From Puniceicoccaceae bacterium (GTDB lineage: Bacteria > Verrucomicrobiota > Verrucomicrobiia > Opitutales > Oceanipulchritudinaceae): 64,000 nucleotides of DNA. The position numbers and the translations under genes are program-made. The notes below the pieces were generated by a model. The model saw only the letters and a list, made by a program, of their open reading frames with translations. It was not told the origin of the DNA and ran no database searches. The DNA lies in assembly GCA_040830765.1 (NCBI GenBank), contig JBFOMH010000021.1, positions 98,716 through 162,715 on the forward strand. Reading direction: 5' to 3'. Positions within the stretch are counted from its first letter, which is position 1. Every line of letters starts with the position of its first letter. Positions 10,156-20,400 of the stretch are shown here, in pieces.

Positions 10156-11352
10156 ATGAACAAATCCATCTTAATAGTCGATGATGACCAGGATTTCAGC
10201 GATCTCCTGAAAGGCATCTTCCAGCAGGCCAACTACACGGTCCACACAGCATTCAGTGCCGAACAGGGCTTTGAGTTGTTGAAAACCGAGCATATTGAGC
10301 TGGTCGTCACCGACCACCGTTTGCCCGGAGGCATTACCGGGACCGAGTTTCTCGCCAAACTGCGGGAAATAGGGGTCAACCTGCCGGTCATCGTAGTATC
10401 CGGATTCCTCAACGATGAGGCTATCCGGGAACTGATTCGGGACGGCGTCGCCGGCATCTTTATCAAGCCGCTGAATATATTCTCCCTTTTGAAAAAAGCC
10501 TCATCGGTGCTTGAAGAGGAGGAGAAAGGTAAGGGGTTCTCCAGCAATGGACAGGAGGATGCCGATGTCAAAGTGGAGGTGGGCCAGGTAGAGGGTCTTT
10601 CCGAAACCGGCAAATCCTTCCTCCAGAGGGCACGGAACGCCTCAGCCTTCAAGCGGAACCTGCTTCTCATCGGGCCCCAAGGGACCCTTTTCGAGGAAAT
10701 CGCCAGGGACATCGCAAATATGGCCGCCGAGGAGCAACGGATTGTCACCCTGACTCCCGGCGGTGTCCACAAGGACCGGCTGGAAGCCCTCTTTTCAGGT
10801 GAATCCGGCGAGCAACCGGTGACCCTGGTCCTGACCAACGCGGAAAAGTACTCGCTCGAGGAAGTGGATACCCTAGTCGAGCTCGGGGACGAACGGGGCG
10901 GATCAGAAAGCAGCCTGCGGATGATATTTTGTCTCAGCCAGTCCGTTGAGGACCTTTATGACAATGAATTGATTGACGAGGAGTTCTATCTCTTCCTCGG
11001 CACCAATGAACTGAATGTGCCGGAGCTGAAGAAGATGCCGGAAGACCTCTTGGCGATTGCCAAGAAGGAAATAGAAAAGCAGTCACCTGAGACGGTCTTC
11101 GACATGAAGCTGCGTTCCATCCTGCTGGCCCATGACTGGCCGGAGAACATGGTCGAACTGCGATCGGTCATCGTCCGGGCCGTCACCTTGGCCCAACCGA
11201 TGGCTCCCCAGGTCCGTCACTTTGCGGCAGCCCTCAATCCTGCCAGTGAAGGGGATCCGTCCCTCAACGATGCCCGATCCACCTTTGAACGTTTCCTCAT
11301 TCAGGAAAAGAGCCGTTACGAGACCGCTCTTGATTTGGCCTGCCAATCCTAA
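10156..11352 (+). CDS. Response regulator with degenerate sigma54-activator-like AAA+ domain
   Basis: Intact receiver (DDD, TDHRLP, KP); remnants LLLIGPQGTLFEEIARDI and HDWPENMVELRSVIVRA; no GAFTGA motif. Confidence 0.8.
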   Translation: MNKSILIVDDDQDFSDLLKGIFQQANYTVHTAFSAEQGFELLKTEHIELVVTDHRLPGGITGTEFLAKLREIGVNLPVIVVSGFLNDEAIRELIRDGVAGIFIKPLNIFSLLKKASSVLEEEEKGKGFSSNGQEDADVKVEVGQVEGLSETGKSFLQRARNASAFKRNLLLIGPQGTLFEEIARDIANMAAEEQRIVTLTPGGVHKDRLEALFSGESGEQPVTLVLTNAEKYSLEEVDTLVELGDERGGSESSLRMIFCLSQSVEDLYDNELIDEEFYLFLGTNELNVPELKKMPEDLLAIAKKEIEKQSPETVFDMKLRSILLAHDWPENMVELRSVIVRAVTLAQPMAPQVRHFAAALNPASEGDPSLNDARSTFERFLIQEKSRYETALDLACQS

Positions 11353-11373
11353 CCAGCGAACCCACTTCAGACA

Positions 11374-12720
11374 ATGTCCAAGCCCATTATATTAATCGAC
11401 GACGAGGAGAAATTCGCCGTCATGCTGCAGGAACTACTCAAGGCAGCCGGCTACGAGTCAGACTTTTGTCTCAATCCTGAAGAAGCCCTCGAGCGGGTGA
11501 AGGAAGAGAACTACGAACTGATCATTACGGACTACAAGATGCCGCAGATGGACGGGGCACAGTTCCTTGAGGAGGCTCGCAAGGTCAATCCTGACCTGCC
11601 CGTGATCATGATTTCCGGCCTCATGAACATGCCGGAGTTGATCCGGGTGGCCAATATCGGGGTAACACTTGTCCTCGAGAAACCCTTCAACACGGACGAC
11701 CTCTTGAAGTACGTGGGTCGTTTTGTCCATCCATCCGCCAGTGAGGAAGTGAGCGCCATGGCCATGGACATGGAAGCCTCGGAAATCAGTTTCCAGCAGG
11801 ACAGTATCGAGGTCACGTACCCTTCGCCGGCGAATTTTCTTTCTGATTCCAGCAACGAGAACAAGCGCTTCCTGGAAACTCTCTGGAACTCGGCCAATGC
11901 CTACCGCCACGTGCCCTTTTATGCCCAGGTGGGTGCTGAAGTTCGGCAAGTGGCCATGGAAGTCATGGCTTGGACCAACAGCTCCGCTGAAGGCGAGGTG
12001 GTCCGTATCATGTTGTCTGACACGGACGCCGAGATCACCCAAAACTGGCTCCTTGAGGCCGATCAGGTTCCCGGTGCCCTATTGGTTGACCTCCGGGATT
12101 GCGAGTGGGATGACGAAACGCGCAAGAAGCTGGTCGACTGGGTCAAGTTTGTTGAAACCAGTGGCAAGGACCTTTCGATGTCCCGCCTGCTCTACATTCT
12201 GCCGACAGGGGCCCGCTTTGATATAGATCAGTTGGAGCTTCAGGATGAGTTCAAGCTCCTCTTTGCCCCGGATTGTCCGATTCTTCTTTCTCTGCGCGAA
12301 CGGGTTCTTGATACGGCAACCTACATCTCCAGGGGGCTTGAAAAGAGTCATAAGGATTCCCTCGGGAAGGATGGCCTGGCCCGCCTGTTGCATTACCCGT
12401 GGCCCGGTGGCTACGTTGAGCTACTGGAGCGTCTGAATGCCATTAAGAAAAAGCTGGATGGCGGGGAGCAACTGGACGACGGGGGACTCAAGAAGCTGCT
12501 TGCCGAGCGAAGCGGTGACGAGTCGCTGATGGAAGGTGAATTGGATGTCGTCGCCTACCTGAAGAGGCGGCAAAAGGAGTATATCCTGTTGCATCGTGAA
12601 GCTGGAGAGGATTTGAAGGATACAGTATTGCGCCTCGGAATTGATTCGGATTCCGTCAGCGTGGAGGATGTTCTCCAGAACAAGCAATTGGCCTTCCCGG
12701 AGGTCGTTATGGAATCCTAA
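11374..12720 (+). CDS. Response regulator with degenerate sigma54-activator-like AAA+ domain
   Basis: Intact receiver (DDE, TDYKMP, EKP); LSLRER and HYPWPGGYVEL remnants; Fis-HTH-like C-terminus (..TVLRLGID..). Confidence 0.8.
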   Translation: MSKPIILIDDEEKFAVMLQELLKAAGYESDFCLNPEEALERVKEENYELIITDYKMPQMDGAQFLEEARKVNPDLPVIMISGLMNMPELIRVANIGVTLVLEKPFNTDDLLKYVGRFVHPSASEEVSAMAMDMEASEISFQQDSIEVTYPSPANFLSDSSNENKRFLETLWNSANAYRHVPFYAQVGAEVRQVAMEVMAWTNSSAEGEVVRIMLSDTDAEITQNWLLEADQVPGALLVDLRDCEWDDETRKKLVDWVKFVETSGKDLSMSRLLYILPTGARFDIDQLELQDEFKLLFAPDCPILLSLRERVLDTATYISRGLEKSHKDSLGKDGLARLLHYPWPGGYVELLERLNAIKKKLDGGEQLDDGGLKKLLAERSGDESLMEGELDVVAYLKRRQKEYILLHREAGEDLKDTVLRLGIDSDSVSVEDVLQNKQLAFPEVVMES

Positions 12721-12732
12721 GGGAGAAAAACC

Positions 12733-13260
12733 ATGGAACGGAAAACCAGCAGTTTGCTCATCAAGTCCAATCGCGTTTTGGGGACACGTCTCGTCGAGGC
12801 GGACCTGGTCAACGTCGAGGAGATGGACCGGGCCAATGAGTCGTTTATCGAGATGGCGCGGGCCAAGGACATCAAGCGGGCCAGTCTTTTGCGGGTCCTG
12901 GTCTACGACATGCAAAGCCTCAGGGAGGAGAGCCTTCTCGACTACCAGTTGGAGAATTACCCGGTGGGTGCCGTGATGCTGGAGAATTATCACATCAACG
13001 AGGAGCTGCTGGAGCAGGAATCACTTGAGTTGATGCGGGCCTCATGGACCTTGCCGATTGATCGGGTCAACGGACGTTGGTTTCTCGCCACGGCCTATTA
13101 CATGAGTGACATCGTGCGGGAGTTCTGGGAGGAACGACTGGAAGGTCGCATCAGCTGGTACGTCAGTTCCCTCAGTCAATTGGAGGCTATTTTCGAGTCC
13201 GAGGCGGAGAAAGAAGCAGCAGCCGCTATCGAAGCTGAACCCGTAGAAAGCAAGGCGTAA
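12733..13260 (+). CDS. Stand-alone PilB/GspE N-terminal-domain-like protein (MshEN-like start)
   Basis: [19 protein letters not shown] resembles the MshEN RLGxxL motif; LPID...LATAY resembles the T2SSE_N domain; 2 bp upstream of the PilB gene. Confidence 0.55.
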   Translation: MERKTSSLLIKSNRVLGTRLVEADLVNVEEMDRANESFIEMARAKDIKRASLLRVLVYDMQSLREESLLDYQLENYPVGAVMLENYHINEELLEQESLELMRASWTLPIDRVNGRWFLATAYYMSDIVREFWEERLEGRISWYVSSLSQLEAIFESEAEKEAAAAIEAEPVESKA

Positions 13261-13262
13261 AG

Positions 13263-15035
13263 ATGGCTATTCCAAGAGTATTGCGTTCTGTCCTGCACGA
13301 GCTGGTTGTTGATCAGGTTCTCGAACAGGAAGCCGTTGCTGAGATCACCAGCGAAACCGATGAGATTTCCGGTGATGAGTTGGAAGCCATTTTGATGGAG
13401 AAGTACGGGGTCCCTGCCTTCAACATCCTTCTGGCCAAGGCCTCGGCCTTCGATATCCCCCCGTTCAATGCCAAGAATTTTGAAGTCACCGAACGGACCT
13501 TTGAGCGGCTCGACAAGGACTTTTGCTGTGAGAACAAGGTGCTGCCGATCGGTACCTTCGGGACCCACATCGTTGTGGTCATTTGTGATCCCTTCAATAC
13601 TGCCCTCCTCGATACCATTCAGGACCAGCAGCGGTCCCCGGTGTACCCGATGCTGGGCCTCCAGACCGACATTGAGCACTTCCTCGTCAAGGATGAGGAA
13701 GTCCTGCGCCCGGAAGGATTTGGCGATGTAATGGAAACGCTCAATATCGACTTCGACCAGGATGTCGACGAGAGCGAACTGAGTGAGGAAGACCTCGAGA
13801 ACGACAACAACCCCATCGTTCAACTGGCCAGCCGGATCATTGAGGACGCATACTTTTCCGGAGGATCGGACGTTCATATTGAGCCCTTCGAAAACGAGGC
13901 CCGCATCCGCGTCCGGGTGGACGGGGTTTGTCAGGACAAGTTGCGGATTCCTCCAAAGGCAGCCGCCACACTGATGGCCCGTCTCAAGATTATGGCCAAC
14001 CTGGATATCGCGGAGAAGCGATTACCGCAGGACGGACGAATCGTCTACAAGCAATTCAACCGCAAGGGCATCGATGTCGACCTGCGTGTTTCCACTGCCC
14101 CCTTGAACCACGGTGAAGGTGCAGTTATGCGTTTGCTGGATAAGCAGAAGTCGACCCTGCCACTGCCGGCCCTCGGATTCAGTGAGGAAAATCTTGTCAT
14201 GTACCGCGACCTGATCACGCGGCCCTATGGCATGATCCTGCACTGTGGCCCGACCGGCTCCGGTAAGTCCATGACCCTTTACAGTGCCCTCAACGAGATC
14301 AATGATCCAGGCAAGTGTATCCGCACGGCGGAGGACCCGATCGAGTACACGCTGCAGGGACTGCTGCAAATGCAGATGCACCGGCAAATCGGACTGACCT
14401 TTGCCAGCGCGCTGCGGGCATTCCTCCGGCAGGACCCGGATATCATTCTCGTCGGGGAAATCCGTGACCAGGAGACCGCCGGAATTGCGGTTGAGGCGGC
14501 CCTCACCGGGCACATGCTTTTCTCCACCCTGCACACCAACGATGCCCCGAGCACGATCAGTCGATTGACGGAGATGGGCATCGAGCCGTTCATGATTTCG
14601 GCATCCATGGTTTGCATCTGTGCCCAGCGTCTGTTGCGTCGTGTCTGCAAGACCTGCAAGCTGACGATCGAGGCGGAAGGTCGCGAAGACGAAATTCTCC
14701 AGCGTGCCATCGAATGGACCGGATCGATTTCCCATGCCAAGGATGGTGGCTGTCCTGCCTGTAACGGCATTGGATACAAGGGCCGGGTCGGTATTCATGA
14801 GTTGATGCCCACCAGCGAAGAATTGATCAAGGGAATCAATGCCGAGTACGACACCGCCAAGATTAAGCGGATTGCTGTTCGCAATGGCATGAAAACCCTC
14901 CACCAGGACAGCATGCTCAAGGTCAAGGAAGGCATTACCACCATCGAGGAGGCAATCTCCGGTGTTCCGCCGGATATGGAGGACATCCGGAAAATCCAGG
15001 CGGCTGCCACCCTTGAGGAAGCATTAATCGACTAA
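13263..15035 (+). CDS. Type IV pilus/T2SS assembly ATPase (PilB/GspE family)
   Basis: [55 protein letters not shown] zinc motif. Confidence 0.95.
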   Translation: MAIPRVLRSVLHELVVDQVLEQEAVAEITSETDEISGDELEAILMEKYGVPAFNILLAKASAFDIPPFNAKNFEVTERTFERLDKDFCCENKVLPIGTFGTHIVVVICDPFNTALLDTIQDQQRSPVYPMLGLQTDIEHFLVKDEEVLRPEGFGDVMETLNIDFDQDVDESELSEEDLENDNNPIVQLASRIIEDAYFSGGSDVHIEPFENEARIRVRVDGVCQDKLRIPPKAAATLMARLKIMANLDIAEKRLPQDGRIVYKQFNRKGIDVDLRVSTAPLNHGEGAVMRLLDKQKSTLPLPALGFSEENLVMYRDLITRPYGMILHCGPTGSGKSMTLYSALNEINDPGKCIRTAEDPIEYTLQGLLQMQMHRQIGLTFASALRAFLRQDPDIILVGEIRDQETAGIAVEAALTGHMLFSTLHTNDAPSTISRLTEMGIEPFMISASMVCICAQRLLRRVCKTCKLTIEAEGREDEILQRAIEWTGSISHAKDGGCPACNGIGYKGRVGIHELMPTSEELIKGINAEYDTAKIKRIAVRNGMKTLHQDSMLKVKEGITTIEEAISGVPPDMEDIRKIQAAATLEEALID

Positions 15036-15056
15036 CGGTTCGTCCGGAATCACAGA

Positions 15057-16532
15057 GTGGCCTCAGTCAGTGAAATCCTCAGCGCTGTATCCCCCGAAAC
15101 CTTGTCGGGGAGCTGGGATGGACCCATCGACACGGTCGCCTGTCATCCTTCCGGGATTAATGGCCCAAATTGCCTCTTTGTCTGTATCAACGAATATCTT
15201 GAGTACAACCGTTGGCAGACTTGGCGGACCTACCTTGAGGAATTGCCTGCACTCGGGGTCAAGGCGGTTGTCTTGCCTGAATTGATTCCGGGATTGCCTG
15301 TTGCCCAACTTGTCACGCCAGAGCCGCGAAAAGCATTGGGCAAGCTGGCCCGCCTGCTCACCGGTCATCCGGACCTATACGCCCGCGTCTACGGAGTGAC
15401 CGGAACAAATGGCAAAACCACAACCACCCGCCTGCTGGCACACTTGCTGAATCAACTTGGCGAACCGTGTGGCAGCCTCGGGACCCTCGGGATTACCTTG
15501 CCAGGTGAGATCGATGAACCCGGCACCTACACAACTCCACTTGCGCCTGAACTTTATGGGGAACTGGCCCGCCTCCGCTCGGCCGGTGCCAAAGGTGTGG
15601 CAATGGAGGTTTCCTCACACGGTCTGGCTCTGGACCGCGTCGAGGGAATGGCTTTTGAGGCAGCTATCCTGACAAACGTTGAGCGGGACCATCTTGATTT
15701 CCACGGGACCCATGAAGCCTATGCCGAGGCCAAGCGCCAGCTCTTCGGCCGGGTCCGCAATAATGGCTGGTGCATCCTCAATCGCCAGTCCCCCTTCTGC
15801 GACAGCTTTGCCGAGACGGCCTCGGGCAAGGTCGTTACCTACGGGGAGGCGGATAAGGGAGCGGATCTGGAACTGCTGGACTATGAGCTCCACTCGACGG
15901 TATCCCGCTTCAAGCTCCGGTTCCATGGGACAAGTTGTTCTTTCGAAACCCAATTGGTGGGCAAATTCCAGTTGGAAAATGCCATGGGGGCGATTGCCCT
16001 GCTGGCTGCACGCGGGTTTGATCTGCCATCGATTGCGGCTGCGCTCCCTGGGTTCCCCTCTGTTTGTGGTCGCATGGAGCGGTTCACGATGCCCAACGGC
16101 TCCACTATCATCGTCGACTACGCGCACAATCCGGATGGGCTGAAGCACCTCCTCGAGAATGGTCGCTTATTGTGCCGGGAGAAATTGCATGTTGTATTTG
16201 GATGTGGTGGTGACAGAGACCGCGGCAAACGTCCGATGATGGGCGACTTGGCCGCTGGCCTGGCAGACGTGGCCTGGATTACCTCCGATAATCCGCGGAC
16301 TGAAGATCCCGGGGCCATCATGAAAGATATTGAGGAGGGAACGCGAAGGGGTACCGCCTCTATCCTGAAGGAAGCAGACCGCGAAACAGCCATTCGTGAA
16401 GCCTACAAGGGAACCAGCGAAGGAGATGTCCTGCTGGTTGCTGGGAAAGGGCACGAGGACTACCAGATCATCGGTTACACCAAGTACCCTTTTTCAGACC
16501 AGGCTGTTGTGCGGGACCTCGGAGGTGCCTGA
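15057..16532 (+). CDS. murE: UDP-MurNAc-dipeptide--meso-DAP ligase (MurE family)
   Basis: GVTGTNGKTT, MEVSSH, DHLDFH, DYAHNPDG, GCGGDRD, DNPR (DAP-specific), GKGHE; GTG start. Confidence 0.88.
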   Translation: MASVSEILSAVSPETLSGSWDGPIDTVACHPSGINGPNCLFVCINEYLEYNRWQTWRTYLEELPALGVKAVVLPELIPGLPVAQLVTPEPRKALGKLARLLTGHPDLYARVYGVTGTNGKTTTTRLLAHLLNQLGEPCGSLGTLGITLPGEIDEPGTYTTPLAPELYGELARLRSAGAKGVAMEVSSHGLALDRVEGMAFEAAILTNVERDHLDFHGTHEAYAEAKRQLFGRVRNNGWCILNRQSPFCDSFAETASGKVVTYGEADKGADLELLDYELHSTVSRFKLRFHGTSCSFETQLVGKFQLENAMGAIALLAARGFDLPSIAAALPGFPSVCGRMERFTMPNGSTIIVDYAHNPDGLKHLLENGRLLCREKLHVVFGCGGDRDRGKRPMMGDLAAGLADVAWITSDNPRTEDPGAIMKDIEEGTRRGTASILKEADRETAIREAYKGTSEGDVLLVAGKGHEDYQIIGYTKYPFSDQAVVRDLGGA

Positions 16533-17282
16533 TTGGGCCAGTTTTGGTTCGGAACTGTCGGCGTCATCTTCTTCAAGCAGGACGGCCAATCGGTCGCGGT
16601 CGCTTATCCAGGCATCGCCATTCCAATATTCAATTCCCGCCAGACCCCTCGATTTGTACCGGCTTTTTAAGCCGTAACTGGTTCCGAGGTAGGCGTAGGG
16701 AAGGCTGGCTTCAGCTATCCAGTCGAGAAAGTCGCCCATGTAGCCATGACCGGGAGGATTCGATTCGCCGGCCTCGTGGGCGTAAAAGGCAAACCAGTAA
16801 TGAGCGCCCCAGCTGCCTTTCAATATGAGGGCGAAAGCCACCAATTCATCCGCCTTATTCCATACCAGGACATCCTGCAGGAAAGGTTTCTCGAGGACAT
16901 TCCTGAATTCCACCGCATCGAGGTAGGGAAACCCAAAGCGGGACTGCATCCATTCCTGGGCCCGGTCTGCCACTTCATCCCCGTAGTGGGCAAGGAACTC
17001 GGTTTTGTCCAAATGGAGCCGCTTGAGGCCGAATGCCTGCCATCGTCGATGATCGTAGCGCCGCTTTTTCTCCATGCTGTAGCGGACCATGTCCACCCGC
17101 AGACTGCGCCCCATGTAGAAGCGATGGCGATCCGACCCGCATAGCCGTGCGTAAGGCAGAAATCCCTGCTCATAGGCGGCCTCTGGGATGCTTGCGTCAG
17201 AAAATTCAAGCCACTCCCCGTGGCTGCAGGTGTAGCGGCCGTAGAGAATTGGTCCTGCTTCTCTGAATTTTCTTGATGGCAT
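16494..17282 (-). CDS. Aminoacyl-tRNA--protein transferase (ATE1/Bpt)-like GNAT-fold protein
   Basis: GF....FY..RSLRVD..Y...KKRR resembles the ATE N-domain; C-terminal LPYAYLG.....RYK resembles the ATE C-domain. Confidence 0.55.
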   Translation of the reverse strand: MPSRKFREAGPILYGRYTCSHGEWLEFSDASIPEAAYEQGFLPYARLCGSDRHRFYMGRSLRVDMVRYSMEKKRRYDHRRWQAFGLKRLHLDKTEFLAHYGDEVADRAQEWMQSRFGFPYLDAVEFRNVLEKPFLQDVLVWNKADELVAFALILKGSWGAHYWFAFYAHEAGESNPPGHGYMGDFLDWIAEASLPYAYLGTSYGLKSRYKSRGLAGIEYWNGDAWISDRDRLAVLLEEDDADSSEPKLAQSGTSEVPHNSLV

Positions 17283-17463
17283 GGGTTGTGCTGTGGTTTA
17301 GGTAAGGTTCGCTTTCGCCGCAACCGAAAGTTTTTCCAGATGCATCCTTGCATTTTGTGTTCTTACTCGCAAAACACCTAGCGAAACGGTCGGAATCTGT
17401 GGATGCAGACCTTTCTTTCCTCAGAAACCGACAGTTTTTACACAAATTCGAAATCAATAGCTT

Positions 17464-20400
17464 ATGCCTGAATCAAATAAGACCCCGCTCGGCTGGCCGG
17501 AGCCCCAAGGACTTTGGGACCCTTCCCGGGAGAAGGACTCCTGTGGTGTTGGATTTATTGCCCATATGAAGGGCAAGCGCTCCCACGACATTATCCAGAA
17601 AACCCTCACCATGAATCAGCATATGATTCACCGGGGCGCGAGTGGATCTGACCCAGATACGGGCGATGGCGCGGGAATTTTTATCCAGACACCGGACAAG
17701 TTTTTGCGCAAGGTCATGGCCGAGAAGGGCATTGAGTTGCCGGACGAAGGGCATTACGGGGCCGGTCTGGTCTTCCTTTCCCCCAATGCCAGTGAGCGCG
17801 AAGCCACGATGCAGCTCTTTGAGCACATCATCCGTGAAGAAGGGCAGAAGTTCATCGCCTGGCGCACAGTCCCGGTGAAGAGCGAGATTCTTGGCAAGAC
17901 TTCCGGGCAATACGAACCGGTTATCAAGCAGGTCTTCATCGCGCGTGCACCTGACGTTGCCGACATCATGGATTTCGAGCGCAAGCTTTACATGATCCGC
18001 AAGCGGGTCGGGAATGCCATCCGCTTCAATGAGGTGCCCTCGCAGTTTTACGATGTCCACCGGACAACCAAGAATTCCTTCCCGGGCGGGGAATACTTCT
18101 ACGTGACCGGACTTTCCGCCCGTACCATGATTTACAAGGGGATGCTGACTCCCTGCCAGTTGGCGGAATACTTCCCGGATTTCCATGATCCGGATTTCGA
18201 GTCCGCCCTGGCCCTGATGCACACCCGCTTTTCGACCAACACCTTCCCCAGTTGGCCCCGGGCTCACCCGAACCGGTTCATCGCCCACAATGGTGAAATC
18301 AACACCGTTATGGGTAACGAGAACTTCATGAAGGCCCGGGAGGCCCTCTGCCAATCTGACAAGTTTGGTGAGGACATCGAGAAGCTCTTCCCGGTCGTCA
18401 ATGAGGATGGGTCCGACTCGGCCCGGTTCGACAACGTGCTCGAGTTCATGCACCTCGGGGGCTACGATCTGGCCCATGCCGTCATGATGATGATTCCCGA
18501 GCCATGGGAACGTCACGAGCACATGACGCCGGCCAAGAAGGCATTTTATGAGTTTCATGCCTGCCTCATGGAGCCCTGGGATGGTCCGGCTTCCATCACT
18601 TTCTCGGACGGCTACCAAATCGGGGCGGTTCTCGACCGGAACGGGCTCCGCCCGAGCCGTTACTATGTTACCGAGGATGACCTCGTCATTATGGCCTCCG
18701 AAGTAGGGGTCCTGCCGGATCTCGATCCGCTGACGGTTGTCCGCAAGGGACGCCTGCAGCCGGGCCGGATGTTCCTCGTCGACATGAACGAGGGGCGCAT
18801 CATTCCCGACGAGGAAGTCAAGGAGCGCGTCTACAATGCCAAGCCTTATGCTGAATGGCTGGAACAGCGTCGCCTGAATCAGTCCGACCTGCCTGAACCG
18901 GAAGAAGTTCCCGGCACCAACGAGGACCGTCTGCGGGAACGCCAGATTGCCTTTGGCTATTCCTACGAGGACTTGCGCTTCCTGCTCGGGCCGACAGCCG
19001 AAAAGGGCGTCCAGCCCATCGCCTCGATGGGGAATGACACGCCATTGGCCGTGCTCTCCAACCAGAGCAAGCTGATGTACCAGTACTTCAAGCAGATCTT
19101 CGCCCAGGTGACCAATCCTGCGCTGGACTGCATCCGGGAGGAACTGGTCACCGCCACGGAGACTTTCATCGGCTCGGAAGGCAACCTGTTGCAGCCGGGT
19201 CCGGACAGTTGCCGGATGATCCGTCTGGAAAGCCCGCTTATCAATAACAAGGTGCTCGCCCAACTGCGGGAGATCAGCATCGAGGGCTTCCTGTCCGCCA
19301 CCCTGGACATGGTCTTTCCGGCCGAGCAGGGAGGTGAGGGCCTGCAAAACGCCCTTGAGCGCCTCTTCAGCGAAGCCGACACGGCGATCAACAGCGGTGT
19401 CAACGTCCTGATCCTGTCGGATCGTAATATCACCCAGAAGAAGGCGGCCATACCGACCTTGCTGGCCATGGCTGGTCTGCACCACCACCTGGTCCGTTCA
19501 GGGACCCGGACACGCGTTTCCATTGTTCTGGAGACCGGGGAGGCTCGCGAAGTACACCACTTCTCGGTGCTACTGGGATACGGGGCTGACGCCATCAATC
19601 CTTACATGGCCTTCGAGTCCCTGGATCAGATGATTCAGGAGAACATGCTCGGCCTGGACCTCGACAAGGCTATTTACAACTACCTCAAGGGTTCCACCAA
19701 GGGGGTCGTCAAGACGATGGCCAAGATGGGCATTTCAACGGTTGCTTCCTACCGCGGCGCGCAAATTTTTGAAGCCATTGGCATCAGCACGCGGCTGATT
19801 AAAAAGTATTTCACCGGGACGGCGGGCCGCGTCGAGGGCGTTGGCATCAACGAGATCGCCGAGGAAGTGCTGCGCCGCCACCGCAAGGCCTTCCCGGATC
19901 GGCATGTTGAGGATGACGAGCGCGCCCTTGACCCGGGTGGCATGTACCAGTGGCGCCGCAAGGGCGAGTATCACCTCTTCAATCCCCGTACAATCCATCT
20001 CCTGCAAAAGGCGGTGCGGACGGGCGACTACGCCTCTTTCAAGGAGTATTCCCAGCAGGTCAACGACCATAGTGAGAGTTTCTGTACCCTGCGCGGGTTG
20101 ATGAAGTTCAAGAACAACCGGAAGTCGATTCCGATTGATGAAGTGGAACCGATTGAAGCCATCACCAAGCGCTTCAAGACCGGTGCCATGTCTTACGGCT
20201 CGATCTCCCAGGAAGCGCACGAGACCCTGGCCATTGCCATGAACCGGATTGGCGGCAAGTCCAATACAGGGGAAGGTGGCGAGGATCCCATCCGGTTCAA
20301 GCCGCTCCCCAATGGGGACAGCAAGCGCTCAGCGATCAAGCAGGTCGCTTCCGGACGCTTCGGGGTGACGAGCGAATACCTTGTCAACTCGGATGAGATC

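Noticed and set aside
17283..17463. Possible glutamine riboswitch or ncRNA upstream of gltB
   Set aside because: No recognisable consensus; the length fits ordinary divergent promoters.
17473..19488. 671-aa minus-strand ORF, and similar long antisense ORFs at 14022-14903, 22131-23561 and 55376-56467
   Set aside because: Each lies antisense to a well-supported gene; this is expected from codon bias in GC-rich DNA.
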